Part shown: one piece after another, positions 18,745-27,255 of the stretch
Layout: each line of letters begins with the position of its first letter
Numbering within the stretch: position 1 is the first letter of the stretch
Assembly: GCA_046497275.1 (NCBI GenBank)
Contig: JAWOFX010000134.1
Span: 1 to 32,000, forward strand
Source: Promethearchaeia archaeon
Lineage (GTDB): Archaea > Asgardarchaeota > Lokiarchaeia > Sigyniarchaeales > SOKP01
DNA length: 32,000 nt
Direction: 5' to 3'
Translations under genes and position numbers: made by a program
Notes under the pieces: model-generated
The model's input: the letters and a program-made list of their open reading frames with translations, nothing else
Told to the model about the DNA's origin: nothing
Databases searched by the model: none

Positions 18745-19671
18745 TTATTTTGGTTCGAGATGAAATTTCATTCTATCCTTCCCTAAGATGATCTCTCCAT
18801 CGAAAACTTCCTTAACTCCATTTAAATACATTTTTTCTGCCTTCTCATTGGGTAGATATGGAGTGATATGAACAAATACTAATTTTTTTGCATTTGCGTC
18901 TTTTGCTAATTCTCCTGCTTTTACTGGATTCATATGATAATTTTGAATATCAGTTAAGATCTTTGCGTATCTATCAAATTTAAGTTTCTTTGCCCCCGAA
19001 ACTATATTATTGAGCATTTTATAAGAAATAGCTTCACTAAAAAGGATGTCAGCATCTTGACAATGGTTTGCTAAATTTTCTGTTTTTACTGTATCCCCCG
19101 TGATCGCGATAACATTCCCTTTATATTCTATTCTATACCCAAATGCAGGTTCAATAGGTGAGTGATCGACTAAAAAAGCAAATACTTTTAATTTATTTCT
19201 TTCAAAACATAGTTTTCTTTCATCTTTATTCTCTATTAAAATTGGCTTGCTTATCATTTTACCATTTTCTAGTGAAAGAATCTCTAATCCATGATGTGCT
19301 ATTCTATATCCTGTATCTAACTCATATGCCATTTCGAATCCTTTAACTACTCTATCTACTCCTTTAGGACCATATACTTCCAATGCTTTTTCTCTTCCAT
19401 TTACCCATGAAAGCATATTTGCTTCTCCAAGGTCACCTATATGATCAGAGTGGAAATGAGTAAGGAATATTTTACTTAGTTTTCCTGCGGGAAGTCTCAA
19501 TACATCAACATTTCTATATGAACCCGGTCCCACATCAAAAAGAAGGAATTCTCCGTCTGCTATTATAGCAATACTAGAGGCTACTCTTTTATCATTATTT
19601 ATGGGACCTCCAGACCCCAACAAAAACACATGAAGTTTTCCGTCCATAAGAATTTTATCTTGACTTATCAT
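18745..19671 (-). CDS. RNase Z/ElaC-like metallo-beta-lactamase (arylsulfohydrolase AtsA-like subgroup possible)
   Basis: LLGSGGP, LFDVGPG, THFHSDHIGDL (HxHxDH), VDHSP, TGDT, YH, HI. Confidence 0.85.
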   Translation of the reverse strand: MISQDKILMDGKLHVFLLGSGGPINNDKRVASSIAIIADGEFLLFDVGPGSYRNVDVLRLPAGKLSKIFLTHFHSDHIGDLGEANMLSWVNGREKALEVYGPKGVDRVVKGFEMAYELDTGYRIAHHGLEILSLENGKMISKPILIENKDERKLCFERNKLKVFAFLVDHSPIEPAFGYRIEYKGNVIAITGDTVKTENLANHCQDADILFSEAISYKMLNNIVSGAKKLKFDRYAKILTDIQNYHMNPVKAGELAKDANAKKLVFVHITPYLPNEKAEKMYLNGVKEVFDGEIILGKDRMKFHLEPK

Positions 19672-19684
19672 CTCTTCTTATCTC

Positions 19685-20533
19685 TTATTCTTTTTTTTCC
19701 TCTACCAATTTTCTATCAATCAATTCTTTCATATATTTAAATCCTGGAGTTAAATTTTCTGTTAAATTTAGTGGGATCATTGATTTAATTGGAAAGCCAA
19801 GACCTTGCCTCCCTCCTGTTTTAAACAGATTTTGAAGTATATAAAAGATATGATCGGCGGGCATTCCAATTCCAATCTCATGATCTTGAATTCCAGCAAA
19901 TGATCTATCGCCTGATCCGGGAATAACAATTTGGGCTTTTCGAGTGAGAAACGGCATTAAACTTCCTTTTCCACAAGATTCTCCAAAACCTTCAAAACTT
20001 GAATTTATACTATATTTTTTTTTATGTTCAAAACAGAGAGCATGAATTATGTGAGTTATTTGTGCTCCATTCCCAAACACTAAAATAGTATCAGGAATGA
20101 GGGGTGATTTATGTAATGGATATGAAATCAATCCGCAATATCCAAGTTCCATGATATTCTTAAAATTACTTGAATATAATTTTTTAGCTCTTCTAATCTC
20201 TGCTTTTTCATCCTTATGCCATCCTTGACGGACTTGGCTTTCAATGAATTCCTCTTCTGAGATCTTTACCCAACCATGGGCAACCGTAGAAGGTGTACAA
20301 AAATTATCCGCTGCGGTAATGGCGTAATTGTTTCCAAATCTTCGAGACATATAGAATGCTTGGCATATACTCATTCTTTTATCTCTCTTAGAAGGTTGAA
20401 TTGCCTCTTTGGGTATTTCCGACTCATCTTTAATGTATTTTATTCCAATTGGATAACTTTGAAAATGAAGTTCATCGTAAAGCTCTTGACCTGCTTTTTG
20501 GAACTCCTCTAAATTCTTATTTTTACCTGACAT
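19685..20533 (-). CDS. DUF169 (COG2043) family protein, paralog 1
   Basis: YPIGIKYI, SICQAFYMSRR, DNFC, PDTILVFGNGAQI, GESCG, PGSGDR. Confidence 0.85.
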   Translation of the reverse strand: MSGKNKNLEEFQKAGQELYDELHFQSYPIGIKYIKDESEIPKEAIQPSKRDKRMSICQAFYMSRRFGNNYAITAADNFCTPSTVAHGWVKISEEEFIESQVRQGWHKDEKAEIRRAKKLYSSNFKNIMELGYCGLISYPLHKSPLIPDTILVFGNGAQITHIIHALCFEHKKKYSINSSFEGFGESCGKGSLMPFLTRKAQIVIPGSGDRSFAGIQDHEIGIGMPADHIFYILQNLFKTGGRQGLGFPIKSMIPLNLTENLTPGFKYMKELIDRKLVEEKKE

Positions 20534-20545
20534 TTCTAATTAATC

Positions 20546-21373
20546 TCAATTATCTTTTTTTATTCTTTTTCTTAAATATGGCCATACACCAGGTTCATTA
20601 GGACTTCCAAATATATCTAATGGACCCAATGAGGCGTTTAAATTTGGAATCCCAAAGGGTTTGGGATTGATCTTATTACCGGCTAAAAATAAATTATCAT
20701 TAACTTCTTTTAACTTAGATTCTGGAATAGAAAAAATCATCTCGAAATCTTGTACTCCCGCGAGAACGCGATCTCCCATACCCGGAGCTACAACTTGACA
20801 TTGATTTGTTGTAAAAGTTCTAATTATGCCCTCTTTACAAGAACTTTCCATTCCATTGAAATAACTTGTTATATAATCACCATTATAAGTAGCTGATAGG
20901 ATTAGATGGGATAATATTAACGGCGTACAATAAATCATTATCACATCGGGAATTATAATAGATGCGTGTAGAGGAGAAACAACTAAACCCTTGAACTCTC
21001 CAAATTCAAGCGTAGCATCACATTCTCTTGATCCTTTTTCTGCTACCATATTTTTTTTATATCCTGCTTTTTTTTCCCATGCTTCAAACACGACATTTGG
21101 ATCATCCACTTTTTCAAAGCCAAAATTACGAATAGAAATTGGTTTACACACAATATCTTCTCCTTTTAAAAAGAATGAAAATCCTGAACGACGACACCAT
21201 GTGTAACTTAAACAAGCGGGAATTTCTCTTCCAAATACATCGAGAGGTCTTAAGGCATTGGATGAGACTTCTTCATTTTCTTTAATCAGTTTAACTGCGA
21301 TCGGATAAGTCTGAAGTTTTAATTTATCAATTAGTTTTTGTCCTATTTTCTTATAGGTTTCTAAATGCTCCAT
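20546..21373 (-). CDS. DUF169 (COG2043) family protein, paralog 2
   Basis: YPIAVKLI, PACLSYTWCRR, DIVC, PDVIMIYCTP, ESSCKEG, PGMGDR. Confidence 0.85.
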   Translation of the reverse strand: MEHLETYKKIGQKLIDKLKLQTYPIAVKLIKENEEVSSNALRPLDVFGREIPACLSYTWCRRSGFSFFLKGEDIVCKPISIRNFGFEKVDDPNVVFEAWEKKAGYKKNMVAEKGSRECDATLEFGEFKGLVVSPLHASIIIPDVIMIYCTPLILSHLILSATYNGDYITSYFNGMESSCKEGIIRTFTTNQCQVVAPGMGDRVLAGVQDFEMIFSIPESKLKEVNDNLFLAGNKINPKPFGIPNLNASLGPLDIFGSPNEPGVWPYLRKRIKKDN

Positions 21374-21392
21374 TTCTATTCCTCCGAACTTT

Positions 21393-22667
21393 TTATTTTT
21401 TTTGAGATTTAATCCTCGATTTAATCTGTTTAGCTCCGTTATTTATAATATTACGAACGATAAATGAGGGTTCTTCTTTCATTTTCTTGTTTAAAATATC
21501 ATATTTAAGTTTTAACGCTTCCAATGATTTGTCTTCCCCTAAAGAATCCTCTCCTTGAATAATAACATCCAGCATATGAAGTGCTAGTTGATATTCCTGA
21601 TTATCATAAAGTTTTTTTGCATGGTTGAGATATTTTTCAGGTCTATTTATTTTCAAAAATTCTTGAGCGATTTTATGTGATTTCGCTGGAAAAAGGTCAG
21701 TTGGATTTCCCGTATCATACCAACCGTGATATAATCTATATACTGCATGTATGGCAAAACGATAGCTGCCATAAAGAGGCTTGAGATATTCATGATTCTT
21801 GAACTTATCAGGATATATTTCTAGCATTTCATGGAATATTTGTTCAAACCATTTTCCTTCATTCAATCGTTTAACAACTTCGTCATGAACAAAATGCATA
21901 GCTTCAGCGGTAATTTCTAAAACATCCCTTACTTTATCTTTTCCCTCTATCATTTTCCCATGACCTGGGATAATATATTTTGCATCTTTTTCCATCATAT
22001 GTTCCATTGCCATTGCCCATCCTTTCGGATATCGTTGCACTTTATAAGGATTTCCAACATTTGGATATGAGGAAATCATCAGATCTCCACTACAAATTAA
22101 CTCCTTCTCTGGAACCCATAACCAACTGGAATCGTCTGTCTCTCCAATATCATGATTAACTTCAAACTCTATTCCTCCAAATTCAAACACAAATGGTTCT
22201 TTACCATCGAGGATTATTGTTGGATATAAAACTTCATGGGGAGATATTACCTCATCATCCTTTCCCATAACGGAACCAAATTGCTGAGCATTTAGCCATT
22301 TATGATATCCATCAAGCATCTGATATTTCTTAAATCTTTTAACTACATTTTCATGCGCAATTATTTCCGGCATTTCCCATCCTTTCTCTTTAATTTCTGA
22401 AATAAATGGCTCAAACCCATAAGAATGGTCGAAATGACCATGACTATAAATAATGTACTTTATAGGTTTTTCAGTAATGCTTCTAATAGTCTTAAAATTG
22501 CGGGGACCGAACTGCTTTAATCCAATATCAAACATTACCAATCCATCGTCCGTTTCTATAATCCCAACATTTCCAAATGACGGGATCAAATGAACGGTAT
22601 TATCTTGTACACTCTTGGGAGGATACATACCGAGGAAAAACTTAATATCATCTTGAGAATAACTCAT
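21393..22667 (-). CDS. Alkylsulfatase (SdsA/BDS1)-like metallo-beta-lactamase with dimerization domain
   Basis: FGNVGIIETDDGLVMFD, YSHGHFDHSYG, HDIGETDD, YPNVGNP, IIPGHG, KPLYG...AVYRLYHGWYDTGNP...LFP; no C-terminal SCP2 domain. Confidence 0.87.
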   Translation of the reverse strand: MSYSQDDIKFFLGMYPPKSVQDNTVHLIPSFGNVGIIETDDGLVMFDIGLKQFGPRNFKTIRSITEKPIKYIIYSHGHFDHSYGFEPFISEIKEKGWEMPEIIAHENVVKRFKKYQMLDGYHKWLNAQQFGSVMGKDDEVISPHEVLYPTIILDGKEPFVFEFGGIEFEVNHDIGETDDSSWLWVPEKELICSGDLMISSYPNVGNPYKVQRYPKGWAMAMEHMMEKDAKYIIPGHGKMIEGKDKVRDVLEITAEAMHFVHDEVVKRLNEGKWFEQIFHEMLEIYPDKFKNHEYLKPLYGSYRFAIHAVYRLYHGWYDTGNPTDLFPAKSHKIAQEFLKINRPEKYLNHAKKLYDNQEYQLALHMLDVIIQGEDSLGEDKSLEALKLKYDILNKKMKEEPSFIVRNIINNGAKQIKSRIKSQKK

Positions 22668-22731
22668 TTTTTATCTTCTTTATTTATATTATGTAATTTT
22701 TTAAATTTGAAACAATTAATTTTAAAGATTT

Positions 22732-23595
22732 TTATTTTTTATATCCTTGCGGACAGATTTTTAAACAATAGGAACAGTAATTATTATCTAAAATACTTTG
22801 TATACATTTCGATCTGTCTATATGGGTAATATGTGGAGAATTATCGCGTTCGATGGGGTCCTTGTAGGCCGCATTTCCTTTACATTCTCTCACACAAGCA
22901 CCGCACCCCTCACAAAATTCTTTTAATGCATCTAGATTTCTTTTTTCAGATTCAGGTATCTCAGCATCAGTCGTTATAATGCTCCATCTTTGACGGGGTC
23001 CAAACTCAGGTGTAATGATTAATCCATTCTGTCCTTTAATGCCGAGTCCTGCTGCGACTGCGTGTGGACCATATAATAGTTTTCCACCAAATGGATGGTG
23101 CGCTTCGCTTTTATATCCCTTACTTTTTAAATACTCCGCCAGTCCAATAGTCACATCTCCCAATACTTTATAGACTCGAAATACTTCAATTTCACAAATT
23201 GCGCTTGGGGCTGTTTTAATTTTATCCCATTTCATCTCCATTCCCAACACAATCGCATTTTTTCCATATACTTTTAAATTATGAAAAATAAATCTCTCGT
23301 CTACTGGAGTATAACCAATAAAATCTACATTTAATTCTCTAGCTTTGGCTTCAAAATCTTTCCAAAATTGAGGAGTTGTTTGGGTTTTAGTATTATTTTC
23401 ATTCCCATATTTAGTCTTTCGAGCATCTTGAAATCCTTTAAACGTCCCTCTAATATATTTACTAAATTCTTTTGCCAAATCACGATCAATGGTTTCCGCT
23501 GGACCTGCACTCATATTAAAAAGCTCTTTAGGGACAATAAACTTGAGATCTTCATTCTTTCCTACATACGTCGGTTCTATTTCTATTTTTGACAT
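22732..23595 (-). CDS. Cytoplasmic reductive dehalogenase (RdhA)-like cobalamin/2x[4Fe-4S] protein
   Basis: KARELNVDFIGYT, NAIVLGMEM, AVAAGLGIKGQNGLIITPEFGPRQRWSIITTD, FCEGCGACVREC, IDRSKC-x9-CSYCLKICP; no Tat signal and no RdhB neighbour. Confidence 0.82.
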   Translation of the reverse strand: MSKIEIEPTYVGKNEDLKFIVPKELFNMSAGPAETIDRDLAKEFSKYIRGTFKGFQDARKTKYGNENNTKTQTTPQFWKDFEAKARELNVDFIGYTPVDERFIFHNLKVYGKNAIVLGMEMKWDKIKTAPSAICEIEVFRVYKVLGDVTIGLAEYLKSKGYKSEAHHPFGGKLLYGPHAVAAGLGIKGQNGLIITPEFGPRQRWSIITTDAEIPESEKRNLDALKEFCEGCGACVRECKGNAAYKDPIERDNSPHITHIDRSKCIQSILDNNYCSYCLKICPQGYKK

Positions 23596-23686
23596 TTCTT
23601 AATCAAATCAATTGTTCTTTTATTTTCAATAAAACTTTATTTTTGGAACTTTGTTAAATAATATTTTATATGTCAATCTTCGTGAT

Positions 23687-24799
23687 TTATTCTCGATTTT
23701 CTTCATATATTGTATTTTGTAGGATGGCGGGATTTTTAAATAATTTATTTCGATCTTCTCGATGAAGAGTAATAGCTTTTGTAGGACATGTAACCGCACA
23801 AACTCCACATCCATAACATTTATTTGGATTAACATCGGCTTTCTCATCGATTAATGTGACTGCGTCAAAAGGACATCTCTCTACACATAATCCACATCCT
23901 TTACAGAGACCTTTATCCACTTTTGATACATAATTTGATTTTGCTAAACAGTTCTCATTTTTATCTTCAAATCTCGTCATACCCCTCACGAAGGCACAAC
24001 AGCACTCACAACAGCAACATAAAACCTGGTGATTAATATTATCATGATTTTCCGTAGTAAAAACCAATCCTGCTTTTGCAAACTTATCAACTAACTCCTT
24101 CGCCTCTTTAATTGATAATTCTCTGCCCTCTCCTCGTCTAATAAAATATGATCCAAAGAATCCTAATTGAAAACATGAATCCTCTACAGGATATTTTCCT
24201 TTGCATTCTCTTTCGCCAAGAATCTCTTTCCGCTTCCTACAAGGACAATCTGTTATTACGATGGGCTTTTGACAATCCTCTAAGATTCTATGAACTTCCT
24301 CAACGTATAATATTTCTGTTTCATAATTTATTGACTGCTCTACAGGGACTACTCGCATTAATGAGGTGCCTTTATCAGATGTTTCATATCTCTTATAAAA
24401 TTGTTCATCTATAAAGAATCTATTATATAACTCTGCCCCCTTCTCTCCCAACCGTTCTAAGGCTTTGGAATATTTATATCCTACATTGAATAAATGCGCG
24501 ATGGTGAGAAAATACGAATATCCTCCAATATCTTGAATTATCCCCTTATCTGCCATATCTTCTAAGATTTTTTCAACTTCTTCTTTTTCTTTTCCAATTT
24601 TTTTCGCTAAAATTCTTACAGATTGTGGTTTAACTCGAAGATATTGTGCGATCTCAGCCTCTTCAGGAGTAAATAGTAATTCGATAAATTCTCTGAATGC
24701 TTTAGATACCTTTCCATCCGTAATAGGGATATCTTGTGGATATTCTCGCATATTTTCTATTATTTTTTCATAAGGGTTTTTATCTTGTGAGTTTGTCAT
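23687..24799 (-). CDS. Multi-cluster iron-sulfur protein (N-terminal HTH-like region, Cys-rich core, C-terminal 2x[4Fe-4S])
   Basis: FTPEEAEIAQYL, DCPCR...C...C, LCCCCECCCAF, CKGCGLCVERCP, CYGCGVCAVTCP. Confidence 0.88.
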   Translation of the reverse strand: MTNSQDKNPYEKIIENMREYPQDIPITDGKVSKAFREFIELLFTPEEAEIAQYLRVKPQSVRILAKKIGKEKEEVEKILEDMADKGIIQDIGGYSYFLTIAHLFNVGYKYSKALERLGEKGAELYNRFFIDEQFYKRYETSDKGTSLMRVVPVEQSINYETEILYVEEVHRILEDCQKPIVITDCPCRKRKEILGERECKGKYPVEDSCFQLGFFGSYFIRRGEGRELSIKEAKELVDKFAKAGLVFTTENHDNINHQVLCCCCECCCAFVRGMTRFEDKNENCLAKSNYVSKVDKGLCKGCGLCVERCPFDAVTLIDEKADVNPNKCYGCGVCAVTCPTKAITLHREDRNKLFKNPAILQNTIYEENRE

Positions 24800-24898
24800 T
24801 TTTCATAACTTAATTACTTTTTTTCAATTTAGAAGTGTTCTATATTACTTTCTTCTTGAACTATTTAAAGATTTACACTGCAGATTTACAATAGTGAT

Positions 24899-24941
24899 AA
24901 GATTTATAAATAAAAAAATTCAATATTAATTTATAAATCTT
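24899..24941. promoter_or_regulatory. 13-17-13 inverted repeat forming two face-to-face TATA-like boxes in the divergent promoter
   Basis: AAGATTTATAAAT (24899-24911) and ATTTATAAATCTT (24929-24941) are exact reverse complements; each contains TTTATAAA preceded by purines. Confidence 0.55.
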
Positions 24942-25050
24942 TTGTTTAGTATGAAAAATTAAAAACCTAAAGTGGCTTAAAAATATTATAACGTATACAA
25001 ATTTAATATTAAACTAGTATTTGTATAAAAAATTCCATGAGATTAAAAAA

Positions 25051-25902
25051 ATGTCAGAAATTATAGAAGAATTTAGAACAACGGGACAAAAATTCTATAA
25101 TAAACTCAGATTATTAACTTATCCAGTTGCGATAAAATTTATCAAGGATTACGAGGAGATTCCAGAAGAAGCCCACAGACCTTCCAAGATTGGACAAACA
25201 ATTACTTTATGTCAAGCCTTCACGATGGCACGACGCTGGGGAGAGCATGTTGCTATGGCCTATGAAGATAATGCATGCATAACTAGTTCTCTTGTTCATC
25301 AATGGAAAAAGGTTCCAATTAAAGATATAATTGAATCCCAGATAAAATCTGGCTATCATAAAGATGCAAAAGCTGAAATAGCGGTTCAATCTCAATATAG
25401 TGCTTTAGCAAAGAAGGAAAATTATCTCAAAATCAAGGATCATGTAGGATTCATCGTCTCTCCTCTCACTAAAACGATTGTGGAACCAGATGTTATTCTA
25501 GTTTATGGGGATCCCGCTCAGATGACGCATATCGTACAAGCATTAAGCTATGAGGGAAAATACCTTGTAAATTCTTCATTTATTGGATTTGGAGAGTCAT
25601 GTCTTAAAGGTGTCCTAATACCATATATTACAGATAAGCCGGAGGTTGTATTGCCTGGTACTGGAGATAGAACACTCGCATTAACAAAGGAAGAGGAGAT
25701 GGCCATAGGTATGCCAGCCAAACTCATTTCATATGTCAATGAAAATCTTTTCAAATCAGGAGAATCATTCAATATGGGAGAACCATCGAGATTTTTTGTT
25801 GGAAATATCCCCGAAGGGTTTGGACCACCAGCATGGAGCTTTTTAAAGAGAAAGGTAGAAAACCAAGAAAAGAAAAATGCAAAAAAAGAAAACTCAAGCT
25901 AA
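25051..25902 (+). CDS. DUF169 (COG2043) family protein, paralog 3
   Basis: YPVAIKFI, TLCQAFTMARR, DNAC, PDVILVYGDPAQM, GESCL, PGTGDR. Start moved to ATG 25051 so the N-terminus aligns with the paralogs. Confidence 0.85.
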   Translation: MSEIIEEFRTTGQKFYNKLRLLTYPVAIKFIKDYEEIPEEAHRPSKIGQTITLCQAFTMARRWGEHVAMAYEDNACITSSLVHQWKKVPIKDIIESQIKSGYHKDAKAEIAVQSQYSALAKKENYLKIKDHVGFIVSPLTKTIVEPDVILVYGDPAQMTHIVQALSYEGKYLVNSSFIGFGESCLKGVLIPYITDKPEVVLPGTGDRTLALTKEEEMAIGMPAKLISYVNENLFKSGESFNMGEPSRFFVGNIPEGFGPPAWSFLKRKVENQEKKNAKKENSS

Positions 25903-25960
25903 TTTTTCATACAAATCAAATTATATTTAATTAAAAAATTGAATAAGATGAATAAAAAAA

Positions 25961-27241
25961 ATGGAAAACAATAGTTCAGAGCCCGTGAGTAAAAATTATT
26001 TTAGATATCTCGTATTTGTTTTAGTTTTAGTCCAATTAATCGATTCCTACAGCACTTCTTTCCCAACATTAGTCCCAGACAGCATAATAAATGAATTTCT
26101 CTCTGGGTTTACCAATCCTGAATCTATATTTGCTTTTGTAATTGCATTAGCATCGGTTGGTATGTATTTTTGTGCATTTAACACCTATTTATCTGATAGA
26201 ATAGGAAGAAAAACCATGTTAGCAGTGACAGTCTTTGGAATGGTACTTATAGCAATTTTAATTAACTTTTCCACTAGCATCATTGATTTTACTATATATC
26301 TATTCTTTTTATGGTTTTTTACACGATCTGACGTATGGATGATATATATAGGAGAAGAAGCTCCCAAAGAAAAAAGAGCTTTTTGGACTAATATTATCTT
26401 AATTTTTGGATTAGCCGGGGCAATTTTAGCCCCAATTGTCCGATCTAGATTCATTACTGAAACAACTCAAAACTGGAGAGGTATAACGTGGTTGGTTATA
26501 ATAATAGGTGTTCCTTTAGGGCTATTAATTCTATTTACTCTAAAGGAGCCGGTTATCTACACTGATATGAAAAAAGATTTAGATTCAAAGCAGAGAATAA
26601 ATACTCTAAAAGAAAATATTTCCGGTATTTTTAAATCTTCCAATGGAACACAAATAAAAGTCTGTTTAATTATAAGTTTTATTTTCGGGATGAATTCAAT
26701 CTTCAGAAATTTAGTAGTACGAGCTGTTTCCTTAAGTCCATATTTAACCCAAGATCAAATTAGCTTAATGATGTTAATTGGAGTTGTTGCTGTATACATG
26801 GCGGTTATTTTGATCGGAACTCTTGCAGATAAGTTTGGTCGCCTTCCATTACTCTATTTCTTTTCAGTCATGATTCCTATTGCGAGAGTTATGTTTGCAT
26901 TAGTGGCATTTCAACCGCTTTTAACTTTTCCCCTGACCGTGATATTTACGAGCATGTCAGAATTTGGCTATTGGGGCGGATGGATTACTCTTAGTATTGT
27001 TATACTGGAACTTGTTCCAACAGAAGCTCGTGGGAGTGGAAGTGGATTAAAATCGTTCTTTGGTGCATTTGGAATAACAGTCGGCTTTCTCTCGACGAGT
27101 GTATTTACTTTATTTTTTGATCTAAGTATTTCATTCGTTATTCTGGGCCTATTTACAATCATTGCTATCCCACTAATATATAAATATTTGAAGGAAACGA
27201 AAAAGGTTGATATGAGAGAGATTTCCAAGTTAAAAACATAA
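25961..27241 (+). CDS. Major facilitator superfamily transporter
   Basis: About 12 TM; motif A twice (SDRIGRK, ADKFGRL); EEAPKEKRA; ELVPTEARGSGSG. Confidence 0.93.
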   Translation: MENNSSEPVSKNYFRYLVFVLVLVQLIDSYSTSFPTLVPDSIINEFLSGFTNPESIFAFVIALASVGMYFCAFNTYLSDRIGRKTMLAVTVFGMVLIAILINFSTSIIDFTIYLFFLWFFTRSDVWMIYIGEEAPKEKRAFWTNIILIFGLAGAILAPIVRSRFITETTQNWRGITWLVIIIGVPLGLLILFTLKEPVIYTDMKKDLDSKQRINTLKENISGIFKSSNGTQIKVCLIISFIFGMNSIFRNLVVRAVSLSPYLTQDQISLMMLIGVVAVYMAVILIGTLADKFGRLPLLYFFSVMIPIARVMFALVAFQPLLTFPLTVIFTSMSEFGYWGGWITLSIVILELVPTEARGSGSGLKSFFGAFGITVGFLSTSVFTLFFDLSISFVILGLFTIIAIPLIYKYLKETKKVDMREISKLKT

Positions 27242-27255
27242 AAAGTTGATTTAAC

